This document shows, piece after piece, positions 27,335 through 37,041 of a stretch of DNA of 64,000 nucleotides (its first letter is position 1; the number at the start of each line of letters is the position of its first letter). Origin of the DNA: an uncultured Clostridia bacterium (GTDB lineage: Bacteria > Bacillota > Clostridia > Christensenellales > Borkfalkiaceae). The notes below the pieces were generated by a model. That model saw only the letters and a list, made by a program, of their open reading frames with translations. It did not search any database and was not told where the DNA came from. The DNA lies in the NCBI GenBank assembly GCA_944363395.1, contig CALVUC010000002.1:11798-75797 (forward strand), in the 5' to 3' direction. The position numbers and the translations under genes are program-made.

Positions 27335-28519
27335 TCAGTGATGGAACAGACGCATTCCCGTGAACGCCATCACCATGCCGTGGCTGTCCGCCGCCTCGAT
27401 GACGAGGTCGTCGCGCACCGAGCCGCCCGGCTCGGCGACGTACGTCACGCCGCTCGCCGCCGCGCGCTCGATGTTGTCCGAGAAGGGGAAGAACGCGTCG
27501 CTGCCCAGCGAGACGCCCTTGACCGTCGCAAGGTACGCCGCCTTTTCCTCCCGGGTGAAGGGCTCGGGACGGACGGCGAAATTCTTGCGCCAAACGTCCT
27601 CGCCCAGCACCTCTTCGGGCGCGTCCGAGAGATACAGGTCGATGATGTTGTTCTTTTCGGGACGCCCGACGCCCTCGGCAAATTGCAGCGAGAGCACCTT
27701 CTCGTGCTGGCGCAGGTGCCACAGGTCTGCCTTCTGCGCCGCAAGGCGGGTGCAGTGGATGCGCGACTGCTGCCCCGCGCCCACGCCGATCGCCTGACCG
27801 TCCGCCGCGAAGCACACCGAATTGGACTGCGTGTATTTCAGGGTGATGAGCGAGATGATGAGATCGACCGCCTTGTCCTCCGGCAGCGTCTTGTTCTTGG
27901 TGACGATGTTATCGAGCAGCGCCCTGTCGATCTTGAAATTGTTCCTGCCCTGCTCAAAGGTGATGCCGAACACCTGCTTCCTCTCGATCGGGTCGGGAAC
28001 ATAGGAGGGATCGATCCTGACGATATTGTATCCGCCCTTGCGCTTGGCCTTTAATATCTCCAGCGCCTTGGGAGAATATGCGGGCGCGATGATGCCGTCC
28101 GAGACTTCGCGCGCGACGATCTTTGCCGTCGTCTCGTCGCACTCGTCCGAGAGCGCGATCCAGTCGCCGAAGGAGGACATTCTGTCCGTGCCGCGCGCAC
28201 GCGCATAGGCGCAGGCGAGCGGAGAATCGTCCAGCCCCTCGATATCGTCGACGAAGCAGGACTTTTTGAGCGCCGCGGAGAGCGGCTTGCCGACGGCCGC
28301 CGAAGTGGGCGAGACGTGCTTGAAGCTGGTCGCGGCGCACATCCCCGTCGCCTCCTTGACCTCCTTGACGAGCTGCCACGAATTGAACGCGTCGAGGAAA
28401 TTGATGTAGCCCGGTCTGCCGTTCAGGATCTCCACGGGCAGATCGCCGCCGTCCGCCATGAAGATGCGGGCAGGCTTCTGATTGGGGTTGCAGCCGTATT
28501 TGAGCTGAAATTCGTTCAC
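27335..28519 (-). CDS. purH: AICAR formyltransferase (short PurH lacking the MGS-like IMP cyclohydrolase domain)
   Basis: 394 aa. MNEFQLKYGCNPNQKPARIF... and a C-terminal ...GMRLFHH ending typical of AICARFT. Confidence 0.88.
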   Translation of the reverse strand: MNEFQLKYGCNPNQKPARIFMADGGDLPVEILNGRPGYINFLDAFNSWQLVKEVKEATGMCAATSFKHVSPTSAAVGKPLSAALKKSCFVDDIEGLDDSPLACAYARARGTDRMSSFGDWIALSDECDETTAKIVAREVSDGIIAPAYSPKALEILKAKRKGGYNIVRIDPSYVPDPIERKQVFGITFEQGRNNFKIDRALLDNIVTKNKTLPEDKAVDLIISLITLKYTQSNSVCFAADGQAIGVGAGQQSRIHCTRLAAQKADLWHLRQHEKVLSLQFAEGVGRPEKNNIIDLYLSDAPEEVLGEDVWRKNFAVRPEPFTREEKAAYLATVKGVSLGSDAFFPFSDNIERAAASGVTYVAEPGGSVRDDLVIEAADSHGMVMAFTGMRLFHH

Positions 28520-28537
28520 GTTCTTGTCCTCCTGCGC

Positions 28538-29254
28538 TTATTTTCCGTACTTGTTGGTCACGATGCGCTGCATTTCGCCCGTTGCAAGGTCGAACGCGCA
28601 GCAGACGAGGGAGATCTTGTTGTCCTTATCGAGGCTCTCCCAGATCTCCTCGGAAAATTGTTTGACGTCGTTCGGGATGAGGACGCGCTCGGGTTCGCCT
28701 TCAAAGGTGGGCAGCGGAGCGCCGTCCCGCATATAGGTGTGGATGAAGCGCCCCTCGCCGTCCACGGGCTCGAAGGCAAAGTTGAAGCGGTCGCACTTCT
28801 CTCCCTTGCCGTCCGCGCTCTTCAAAATGGACATCTCATAGGAAAACCCGTCCTTGAAGTGCAGGATGGCGCTGATGCGGGGGGTGTAGTTGGGGGCGTC
28901 CGGCTCGAAGCAGCGCGTCTTTAAGGCGCAGACGAAGCACTTGCCCTCCTTCAGGTACTGCTCGACGGTGTCCGTCTGGTCGCCGTTGGTGACGATGACG
29001 TCCTGCCCGACGCGCTTGACGGGAGAATAGATGATGAGGGAAGGATCCTTCACCTTGCTCTCGTCGTAGGGGTAGATGGTGACGTTGTCCCCCTCTTCGA
29101 CAAAGATGCGGTTGCGGCTGTTCTCGCTCCTGCCCATAATGAAGTAGGCATAGAACGCCTTGGCGCCGTCCGCGCTCTTGCCGACGACGATGCCGCGCCC
29201 CGGATAGCTGTTGCCCGTGAGCGCCGAACGCATGGTTTTAGCTTCGTATCCCAT
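28538..29254 (-). CDS. IMP cyclohydrolase, PurO-like (archaeal-type)
   Basis: ORF trimmed to ATG 29254 behind GGAGAGGAA. ...NSYPGRGIVVGKSADGAKAFYAYFIMGRSENSRNRIF... matches the PurO-type IMP cyclohydrolase pattern. Confidence 0.8.
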   Translation of the reverse strand: MGYEAKTMRSALTGNSYPGRGIVVGKSADGAKAFYAYFIMGRSENSRNRIFVEEGDNVTIYPYDESKVKDPSLIIYSPVKRVGQDVIVTNGDQTDTVEQYLKEGKCFVCALKTRCFEPDAPNYTPRISAILHFKDGFSYEMSILKSADGKGEKCDRFNFAFEPVDGEGRFIHTYMRDGAPLPTFEGEPERVLIPNDVKQFSEEIWESLDKDNKISLVCCAFDLATGEMQRIVTNKYGK

Positions 29255-29255
29255 A

Positions 29256-29864
29256 TTATTCCTCTCCCTGTAATTTTTTGGCGACGAGTTCCACGGCTTC
29301 GGGCAGGATGACCCATTCCGCCTCGCGCATGACGCGCTTTTGCAGCGTCTCGGGCGTGTCGTCCTCCCTGACCTCCACTGCCTTCTGGGCGATGACGGGT
29401 CCGCCGTCGCACACTTCCGTAACATAATGCACCGTCGCGCCCGTCACTTTGACGCCGCGCGCCAGCACCGCCTCATGCACTTTGAGCCCGTAATACCCCG
29501 GCCCGCAGAAGGACGGGATGAGCGCGGGATGGATGTTGATGATGCGTCCCTCATACGCGCTCACGAAGTCGGCGCTCAGAATGGTCATAAATCCCGCAAA
29601 GACGATAAACTCGATATCGTGTCCGCGCATGACGGAGAGGATGACCTCCTCCCGCTCGGCGCGGTCGGGAAATTCCCGCTTGTCGACGACGACGCTCTCG
29701 ATATGATAGCGCGCCGCGCGTTGCAGGACGTAGGCGTCCTTGTTGTCCGCGACGACGAGGACCACCTCCCCGTGGGGGATGAGCCCCGCCTCCTGCGCGT
29801 TGACGATCGCCTGAAAATTGGTGCCGCCGCCCGAACAGAGGACGGCGATGCGCGTCTTTCTCAT
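29256..29864 (-). CDS. purN: phosphoribosylglycinamide formyltransferase
   Basis: 202 aa. RIAVLCSGGGTNFQAI, INIHPALIPSF, HYVTEVCDGGP. Confidence 0.95.
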   Translation of the reverse strand: MRKTRIAVLCSGGGTNFQAIVNAQEAGLIPHGEVVLVVADNKDAYVLQRAARYHIESVVVDKREFPDRAEREEVILSVMRGHDIEFIVFAGFMTILSADFVSAYEGRIINIHPALIPSFCGPGYYGLKVHEAVLARGVKVTGATVHYVTEVCDGGPVIAQKAVEVREDDTPETLQKRVMREAEWVILPEAVELVAKKLQGEE

Positions 29865-30898
29865 ACGAGCACCACGCCGTCGTCGCTCCGGACGATCGTC
29901 CCGAGGGCGTAGGCGTCCTCGCCCTGCGCGCGCAGGACGGAGAGCGCCCTGTCCGCATCCTCTTCGGCAACGACGATGCCCATGCCGACGCCCATATTGA
30001 AGGTGTTGAACATATCGTGCTCGGAGATGCCGCCCGTCTTTTGGATGAGGTCGAACACGGGCAGCACCCTTACGTCCTCCCGTCTGATCCTGACGCCCAG
30101 TCCCTTGGGGATGGAACGGGGCATATTCTCATAGAAGCCGCCGCCCGTGATGTGCGAAATGCCCTTGACGGTGACCTCTTTGAGGAGCGCAAGGACGCTC
30201 TTGACATAAATTTTCGTGGGCGTCAGGAGCGTCTCGCCGAGGGAGGCGCCGCCCAGCGCCGCGACGGGCGAGGTGAGATCGCAGCGGTCGACGTCGAACA
30301 CCTTGCGTACGAGGGAAAATCCGTTGGAATGCACGCCCGACGAGGCGAGCGCGAGCATGACGTCCCCTTCCTTCATCGCGCCGTTGTCGATGACCTTGCT
30401 CCTGTCCACGACGCCGACGGCAAACCCGGCGAGGTCGTACTCTTCCGCGGGCATGAGCCCGGGATGTTCCGCCGTCTCGCCGCCGATGAGCGCGCAGCCC
30501 GCGCGCACGCAGCCCTCCGCGACGCCGCCCACGATGGCGGCGATCTTTTCGGGTTCGTTTCGCCCGCAGGCGATATAGTCGAGGAAGAAGAGCGGCTTTG
30601 CGCCGCAGCAGATGATGTCGTTGACGCACATGGCGACGCAGTCGATGCCGACCGTATCGTGCTTATCGAGAAGGAAGGCGAGCTTGATCTTGGTCCCAAC
30701 GCCGTCCGTACCCGAGACGAGCACGGGCTCTTTGAGCCCCGCCATGTCGAGCGGGAACAGCCCGCCGAATCCGCCGATGTCCGCTTTGCCTTCGGGCATG
30801 GTGCGCGCGACGTGCTTTTTCATGAGCTCGACCGCCCGGTAGCCCGCGGTGATGTCGACGCCCGCCGCCTTATAGCTGTCGGAATAGCTCTTTTCCAT
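29861..30898 (-). CDS. purM: phosphoribosylformylglycinamidine cyclo-ligase (AIR synthetase)
   Basis: 345 aa. SYKAAGVDI..., SGTDGVGTK, DCVAMCVNDI. Confidence 0.96.
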   Translation of the reverse strand: MEKSYSDSYKAAGVDITAGYRAVELMKKHVARTMPEGKADIGGFGGLFPLDMAGLKEPVLVSGTDGVGTKIKLAFLLDKHDTVGIDCVAMCVNDIICCGAKPLFFLDYIACGRNEPEKIAAIVGGVAEGCVRAGCALIGGETAEHPGLMPAEEYDLAGFAVGVVDRSKVIDNGAMKEGDVMLALASSGVHSNGFSLVRKVFDVDRCDLTSPVAALGGASLGETLLTPTKIYVKSVLALLKEVTVKGISHITGGGFYENMPRSIPKGLGVRIRREDVRVLPVFDLIQKTGGISEHDMFNTFNMGVGMGIVVAEEDADRALSVLRAQGEDAYALGTIVRSDDGVVLV

Positions 30899-30901
30899 GC
30901 G

Positions 30902-32368
30902 TCAATTCTCCTGTTTCTTTTTGAACTTCGGGTTTTCGCTGATGGGTCTCCCGGCGATGGGACGCTCGAAGCAGTCCTTTCCCGGCTCCGCGGGGATCTC
31001 CGTGGGGTAGACGCCGTCAAAGCAGGCGCAGCAGAAGCCGCTGCCGTCGCCGCCCGCCAGAAGGCGCGCGTGCTCGATATCGAGATAGCCGACGGAATCC
31101 GCGCCGATGATCGCGGCGATCTCCTCCGTCGTGTGATGGCAGGCGATGAGGTTCTCGCGCGAGTCGATGTCCGTGCCGTAGTAGCAGGGGTTGAGGAACT
31201 TGGGCGCCGAGGAGAGGAAATGCACCTCGGTCGCGCCCGCGTCGCGCAGCTGCTTGACGATGGGACGGCTGGTCGTGCCGCGGACGATGGAGTCGTCCAC
31301 GAGGATGACGCGCTTGCCGCGGATCGCCGATGCGATGACGTTGAGCTTGATCTTGACGCGGTCCTCGCGCATCTTCTGATCGGGGGCGATGAACGTCCTG
31401 CCGATGTACTTGTTCTTCAGAAAGCCGATGCCGTACGGGATGCCCGACGCCTGCGCGTAGCCGAGCGCCGCATCCAGCCCCGAATCGGGAACGCCGATGA
31501 CGATATCGGCGTCGATCTTGTACTTTTCCGCAAGGAACGCGCCCGCGCGCTTGCGCGCGTCGTGTACATAGCAGCCGTCGATCTCGGAATCGGGACGGGC
31601 GGTGTAGAAGTACTCGAACACGCAGAACGCCTTCTTTCCGCCGCAGTGGGAGGTGTCGTTCTTGATGCCGTCCTTGGTGATGACGAGCATTTCGCCCGGT
31701 TCCACTTCGCGGATCTTATGCCCGCCGACGGCGTTCAGCGCGCACGATTCGGAGGCGATGAGATAGCTCCCGTCGTCCCGCTTCCCGAAGCACAGCGGAC
31801 GCACGCCCAGCGGGTCGCGCGCGGCGATGAGCTTGGAGGGCGACATGACGACGAGGGAATAGGCGCCCTTGAGCTTGTCCATCGCGGCGAGCACCGCCTC
31901 CTCGATGGAATTGCACTTGACACGCTCGCGGGTGATGACGTAGGCAATGACTTCGGTGTCGCTCGTCGTGTGGAAGATGCAGCCGTCGTTCTCCAGCTCG
32001 GTGCGCAGTTCGGCGGCGTTGATGAGGTTGCCGTTGTGCGCGAGCGCCATATTGCCCTTCAGGTGGTTGACGACGATGGGCTGCGCGTTCTCCCTGCCGC
32101 TCGTTCCCGTCGTGCCGTAGCGGACGTGACCGATCGCCATGTTGCCGAGCCCGAGTTTCGTGAGCACGTCGGACGTGAACACGTCGTTGACGAGCCCGAC
32201 GTCCTTGTAACAGGAGAACACGCCGTCGTTGTTGACGACGATGCCCGCGGACTCCTGCCCTCTGTGCTGGAGCGCGAACAGGGCATAGTACGTCGTGGAG
32301 GCGACGTTCTGCGCCTCGGGCGCGAAGATGCCGAACACGCCACACTCTTCGTGGACTTCATGTTCCAT
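30902..32368 (-). CDS. purF: amidophosphoribosyltransferase
   Basis: 488 aa. ...ECGVFGIF N-terminal nucleophile Cys, LQHRGQESAGI, PRPP-binding VILVDDSIVRGTT. Confidence 0.96.
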   Translation of the reverse strand: MEHEVHEECGVFGIFAPEAQNVASTTYYALFALQHRGQESAGIVVNNDGVFSCYKDVGLVNDVFTSDVLTKLGLGNMAIGHVRYGTTGTSGRENAQPIVVNHLKGNMALAHNGNLINAAELRTELENDGCIFHTTSDTEVIAYVITRERVKCNSIEEAVLAAMDKLKGAYSLVVMSPSKLIAARDPLGVRPLCFGKRDDGSYLIASESCALNAVGGHKIREVEPGEMLVITKDGIKNDTSHCGGKKAFCVFEYFYTARPDSEIDGCYVHDARKRAGAFLAEKYKIDADIVIGVPDSGLDAALGYAQASGIPYGIGFLKNKYIGRTFIAPDQKMREDRVKIKLNVIASAIRGKRVILVDDSIVRGTTSRPIVKQLRDAGATEVHFLSSAPKFLNPCYYGTDIDSRENLIACHHTTEEIAAIIGADSVGYLDIEHARLLAGGDGSGFCCACFDGVYPTEIPAEPGKDCFERPIAGRPISENPKFKKKQEN

Positions 32369-32371
32369 GCG

Positions 32372-33085
32372 TCACTCCCCCTGCGTCACGCGCTTGAAGA
32401 TCTCCGCATAGGCGTCTTCGACGCCGCCCATGTCGCGGCGGAACCTGTCCTTATCCAGCTTTTCGTTGGTCTTGGCGTCCCAGAAACGGCAGGTGTCGGG
32501 AGAGATCTCGTCCGCGAGGACGATGGTCCCGTCGCCGAGCCTTCCGAACTCGAGCTTGAAGTCGATGAGCTTGACGCCGAGGTGCAGGAAGTACGCCTTT
32601 AGCACTTCGTTGACCTTGAAGGCATACTTTTTGATGGTCTCGATCTCCTCCTTGGTCGCAAGTTTGAGCGCGAGCGCGTGATAGCTGTTGATGAGGGGAT
32701 CGCCCAGATCGTCGTTCTTGTAGGAAAATTCGATGGTGGGCTCGTCGAACACGATGCCCTCCTCGACGCCGTAGCGCTTGGCGAAAGACCCTGCCGAGAC
32801 GTTGCGGATGATGACTTCGAGCGGGACGATCTTCACCTTCTTGACGAGGGTGTCGCGCTCGGAGAGCTCCTTGACGAAGTGCGTGGGAACGCCCGCCTGT
32901 TCGAGAAGCTGCATCAACAGGTTGGTCATGCGGTTGTTGACGACGCCCTTGCCGGCGATGGTACCCTTTTTGAGCCCGTTGAACGCCGTCGCGTCGTCCT
33001 TGTACGAGACGATGCAGAGCTCCGCATCCGTCGTTGCGTATACTTTCTTCGCCTTGCCCTCATAGAGCTGCTCGGTCTTTTCCAT
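32372..33085 (-). CDS. purC: phosphoribosylaminoimidazole-succinocarboxamide synthase
   Basis: 237 aa. [10 protein letters not shown]..., LEVIIRN, DKDRFR. Confidence 0.96.
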   Translation of the reverse strand: MEKTEQLYEGKAKKVYATTDAELCIVSYKDDATAFNGLKKGTIAGKGVVNNRMTNLLMQLLEQAGVPTHFVKELSERDTLVKKVKIVPLEVIIRNVSAGSFAKRYGVEEGIVFDEPTIEFSYKNDDLGDPLINSYHALALKLATKEEIETIKKYAFKVNEVLKAYFLHLGVKLIDFKLEFGRLGDGTIVLADEISPDTCRFWDAKTNEKLDKDRFRRDMGGVEDAYAEIFKRVTQGE

Positions 33086-33117
33086 GATGTATCTCCTTTC
33101 CTTTTTCGGATAAAATT

Positions 33118-33615
33118 TTATTCTCTGCCGTATTTTGCGGAGATCTCCGCATCCTTTTTCAAAACCTTCTCCGCCGCCGCGATGCGCGCCGTGAGCAGTT
33201 TTTCGCGGACGGACTCGTCCGAGACCGCAAGGATCTGCACGGCGAGGAGCGCCGCGTTCTGCGCGCCGTCGATGGCGACGGTCGCCACGGGAATGCCCGA
33301 AGGCATCTGCACGGTCGAAAGCAGGGCGTCCAGCCCGTCCAGCGTGGAGCTCCTGACGGGGATGCCGATGACGGGCAGCACGGTGTTCGCCGCGAGCGAG
33401 CCCGCAAGATGCGCCGCCTTGCCCGCAGCCGCGATGATGGCGCCGTAGCCGTTGTCCGCCGCGCGCATCGCGAACTCACGCGCCTCAAAGGGCGTGCGGT
33501 GCGCCGAATAGACGTGTACGGAATAGGGAACGCCGTACTCTTCCAACACGGAAAACGCCTTTTCCACGACGGGAAGATCACTGTCGCTTCCCATGATGAC
33601 TGCTACTTTCTTCAT
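33118..33615 (-). CDS. purE: 5-(carboxyamino)imidazole ribonucleotide mutase
   Basis: ORF trimmed to ATG 33615 behind [23 protein letters not shown]..., [15 protein letters not shown]. Confidence 0.95.
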   Translation of the reverse strand: MKKVAVIMGSDSDLPVVEKAFSVLEEYGVPYSVHVYSAHRTPFEAREFAMRAADNGYGAIIAAAGKAAHLAGSLAANTVLPVIGIPVRSSTLDGLDALLSTVQMPSGIPVATVAIDGAQNAALLAVQILAVSDESVREKLLTARIAAAEKVLKKDAEISAKYGRE

Positions 33616-33646
33616 ATCTTGTCTCCTTTTGCGGTGATGACGAACG

Positions 33647-33693
33647 AAAATGAAACGGAGCGGTTTTTTCTGCGCGAAAAAAACCGTCTCCGT
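33647..33693 (-). terminator. intrinsic-terminator-like attenuator hairpin in the pur operon leader
   Basis: Minus strand reads ACGGAGaCGGTTTTTT-tcgcgcag-AAAAAACCGCTCCGT followed by TTCATTTT. It sits about 40 nt upstream of the purE ATG. Confidence 0.6.
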
Positions 33694-33757
33694 CCAACGT
33701 TCAATTTTTGTTTTTCTGCCGAGCGCGGCAGATGCGAACTGCCTTGACCATGCCTTC

Positions 33758-33786
33758 ATTATACCAAATCGCGGTATGCCCGTCAA
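33758..33786 (-). promoter_or_regulatory. consensus promoter of the pur operon
   Basis: Minus strand reads TTGACG-17 nt-TATAAT, giving a roughly 140-nt leader. Confidence 0.65.
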
Positions 33787-33832
33787 GCGTTCGCGCGACA
33801 AATTATATGCTTTTTTGCACGCCTCATACGCG

Positions 33833-34590
33833 CTATGCGAGGGCGACGTCCAGCACCATCATCAGGCAGAATCCCGCCACGACGCCTGCCGACGCGATCG
33901 CCTTATTCCCCGCAAAGCACTCGGGGATGAGCTCGGAGCAGACGACGGCGATCATTGCCCCCGCCGAAAAAGCGAGCGTCCAGGGAAGGAGCGCCCCCAC
34001 CGCCCCCGCCGCGAGCGCTCCCAGAACGCACGCGGGGACTTCCACCGCGCCCGAGCCCTGCGCAAAGAGAAAACTCTTTGCGCGGCTCATGCCCCGCGCG
34101 CGCATCGGGAACGCGACGCACATCCCCTCCGGAAAATTCTGCACGGCAATGCCGAGCGCCAGCAGCGCCCCCGCGAGCGCGCCGTCCGCCGCGGCGAGCG
34201 CGACGCCCACCGCCATGCCCTCGGGGATGTTGTGGAGCGTCACGGCAAAATACAGCAGCGCCGTGCGCCTGTCTCCCGGCGCTTTGAGACGGCGCTGCGT
34301 GCGCGACAAAAGAAGATCGCTCGCAATGAGAAACCCGCCGCCCAGCAAAAATCCGCCCGCCGCGGGAACAAAGGCGGGGAGCGCGCCCTCCGCCTCGATG
34401 GCAGGCAGGAGCAGCGAGAAAAAACTCGCCGCGATCATGATGCCCGCCGAAAGCCCGAGAAGAAGGGTGAGCGCGCCCTCCTTCGGACGGCGGGAAATAA
34501 AAACGCACGCCGCGCCCAACGCCGTCATCGCATACATCGCCAACGAGCACAGCAGCGCCTGCTGCCAGACCGCGAGCCGTAAAAACCACA
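33833..34590 (-). CDS. ZIP-family divalent metal (zinc) transporter
   Basis: ORF trimmed to ATG 34590 (MWFLRLAVWQQ...). HNIPEGMAVG and QNFPEGM motifs, polytopic. Confidence 0.85.
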
Positions 34591-34716
34591 TGAAAAGCCC
34601 CCTGTCTGCCCCTCGGGGGCAGCCGCGCCATCCTATGCGGGAGCGGGCTTTTTTGACACAAGACTGCGGCGCGGATGGTCGCGTTTTTCGGGGGACGTAC
34701 CCCGCGATCCGCGACC

Positions 34717-34744
34717 AAATAAAAAGCTCCGCACAAGGCGGAGC
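34717..34744 (-). terminator. Rho-independent terminator after the nucleoside ABC operon
   Basis: gctccgc-acaag-gcggagc preceded by an A-rich run on the plus strand. Confidence 0.75.
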
Positions 34745-34749
34745 GTCTG

Positions 34750-35733
34750 TTATCTGTCCTCGCGGAAGTAGGGAAGCCCGAGGCTCGCGGGCGGCTGCGT
34801 CTCCCTGTGTCCCACGATGCTCGTGACGATGAGCACGAGGATGGTGACGACGAAGGGGATGAGGTTGAGCAGCGGGATCTGCTCGAACGAGATGCCCGTG
34901 ATGCGCGTCGAGACAAAGTACAGCGCGCCGAACAGGATAGAGCCGAGGATGGCGAGCGCGGGACGCCACATCGTGAAGATGACGAGGGCGATGGACAGCC
35001 AGCCGATGCCCTGGATGGTCTGCGCGACGGTGGAGCCGACGGTCCCGTTCATATAGCCCATGACGTAACACAGTCCGCCGAGCCCCGCGACCGCCGCGCC
35101 GGTCATGATGAAGCCGTACTTGTAGCCCGTCACGTTGACGCCGACGGCGTCCGCCGTTGCGGGATTTTCCCCGATGGCGCGCACATTGAGCCCCACGCGG
35201 GTGTAGCGCAGCACGACGGCAGCCGCGACCGCCAGCGCGATCGCGAGATAGGCGAGCACGCCCTGTTCGAGAAAGATGCCGCCGAACCAGCCGAGTTTTT
35301 CCGTCCCCGGGATATGCGCGTTAAAGAAGTAGCGCCCCGCGTACGCGATCTTACCGATCACGACGCTGTCCCTGCCTATGACGACGGAGTTGATGAACCA
35401 GGTCGTAAATCCCACGCCGAAGATGGTGCAGGCAAGTCCCGTGACGTTCTGATTGGCGCGCAGCGAGACGGTGAGGAAGGCGTAGACCGCCCCCAGCGCG
35501 CCCGCAAACAGCACCGCAAAGAGGATGGCAACGACGACGGTCAGAACGCCGCTCGGGGCGTCCGTGCCCATCACGCACAGCTTTACGCCGAGACAACCTC
35601 CCGCCGCGCCCATACACATGATGCCGGGGATGCCGAGGTTGAGATGCCCCGATTTTTCGGTGAGGATCTCCCCCACGCAGCCAAACAGAAAGATGACGCC
35701 GATGGAAATGGCGCTTGCGAAAAAGTCTTCCAT
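34750..35733 (-). CDS. ABC transporter permease (BMP/nucleoside type, NupQ/YufQ-like)
   Basis: 327 aa polytopic protein. GHLNLGIPGIMCMGA motif typical of the branched-sugar/nucleoside permease family. Operon context. Confidence 0.85.
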   Translation of the reverse strand: MEDFFASAISIGVIFLFGCVGEILTEKSGHLNLGIPGIMCMGAAGGCLGVKLCVMGTDAPSGVLTVVVAILFAVLFAGALGAVYAFLTVSLRANQNVTGLACTIFGVGFTTWFINSVVIGRDSVVIGKIAYAGRYFFNAHIPGTEKLGWFGGIFLEQGVLAYLAIALAVAAAVVLRYTRVGLNVRAIGENPATADAVGVNVTGYKYGFIMTGAAVAGLGGLCYVMGYMNGTVGSTVAQTIQGIGWLSIALVIFTMWRPALAILGSILFGALYFVSTRITGISFEQIPLLNLIPFVVTILVLIVTSIVGHRETQPPASLGLPYFREDR

Positions 35734-37041
35734 TTACGTTTCCTCCTCTTGCCGCTGCCGCGCCCCGCCCGAAGCATCGGGCGGAGCGGGCGCTTCCTCG
35801 CCGCGCCCCGCGCCGGTCTCCTCGGGCGCTTCGGACGCCTCGGGCGGCGCTTCCGGCGCTCCGGACGCGTCGGATGCTTCGGACGATCCGTCCTTTTGCG
35901 CCCCTTCGACGGCAAATTCCGGCGCCGGACGCGAACGGCGCCCCGCGACGTTGAAATGCACCCGATAGGAAATGAAGAACTCGCAGCCGATCAAAAAGAA
36001 ATAGATGAGTCCGATGACGACGTCGGAGAGCGCGTCGTTGGAGATGCCGAAGTCGGAGCACACCTGCGCCATGCCGCGCGTCAGAAAGACGATAAAGAGG
36101 GAGACGCCCGTCATGATGAGGGGGTTGAACTTGCCCATCCATGCGACCATGATGCCCGTAAATCCTCTGTTGCCGTCCATCGTCTTACTGACCATGTGAT
36201 TGATGGAGCCGACGAGCAGGAAGCCCACCAGCCCGCACAGCGCGCCCGAGAGCACGAGCGTGCGGATGATGACCTTTTTGACGTTGATGCCCGCATAGCG
36301 CGCCGTGTTTTTGCTGTCCCCGATGAGCCCGATCTCATACCCGTGCTTGGAGAAGCGCAGATAGCAGAAGATCGCGGCGGTAACGAGGACGGCGACGAGG
36401 ATGACGGGAAGGCTCTTGCCCATCTGCCCCGCGCCGAACGTGGGCAGGTTGGCGTCCGAAAGGGGCGGCATTACGCCCGTTCCCTCGGGGTACCACAGCG
36501 CGACGAAGAAGACGACGAGATAGAACGCCACATAGTTCATCATCAGCGTAAACAGGGACTCGTTGGTGTTGAAGAACGCCTTGAAGAGAGCGGGGATGAG
36601 CGCCCAGACGGCGCCCGCCGCCACGCTCGCGACGAGCATCAGAAGCCACACGAGAGGATCTTCCGTCTCGCCGCCGAGATAGTACATACACGCGGCGCAC
36701 GCGAGGCATCCCATGAGCACCTGCCCGTTGCCGCCGAGGTTCCAGAACTTCATCTTGAATGCGACGACGAGCGCGATCGCCACGCACAGGAGCAGCGCCG
36801 TTTCTTGCAGCGTCAGCCAGAAGTTGTTCATTTCGCCGCGGCGGTTGACGTAGAACGTCCCCTCGAACAGCGACTTGAAAAAGCCGCCGAAGCCCTTGGA
36901 ATTGGGCGCGGAGAGCGTCAGAAGCAGTGCCGCGATGAGAAGCGCGGCCGCCACGGCGCCGACGCGGATACAAAGCCCCTTCCAGAGAGGCATCCCCTCG
37001 CGGCGGGTGATATGGATGAACGGTTCTCTTACGCGTCCCAT
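35734..37041 (-). CDS. ABC transporter permease (NupP/YufP-like) with an acidic Pro/Ala/Ser-rich C-terminal tail
   Basis: 435 aa. Polytopic core, then about 60 aa ...SSEASDASGAPEAPPEASEAPEETGAGRGEEAPAPPDASGG... Confidence 0.82.
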   Translation of the reverse strand: MGRVREPFIHITRREGMPLWKGLCIRVGAVAAALLIAALLLTLSAPNSKGFGGFFKSLFEGTFYVNRRGEMNNFWLTLQETALLLCVAIALVVAFKMKFWNLGGNGQVLMGCLACAACMYYLGGETEDPLVWLLMLVASVAAGAVWALIPALFKAFFNTNESLFTLMMNYVAFYLVVFFVALWYPEGTGVMPPLSDANLPTFGAGQMGKSLPVILVAVLVTAAIFCYLRFSKHGYEIGLIGDSKNTARYAGINVKKVIIRTLVLSGALCGLVGFLLVGSINHMVSKTMDGNRGFTGIMVAWMGKFNPLIMTGVSLFIVFLTRGMAQVCSDFGISNDALSDVVIGLIYFFLIGCEFFISYRVHFNVAGRRSRPAPEFAVEGAQKDGSSEASDASGAPEAPPEASEAPEETGAGRGEEAPAPPDASGGARQRQEEET

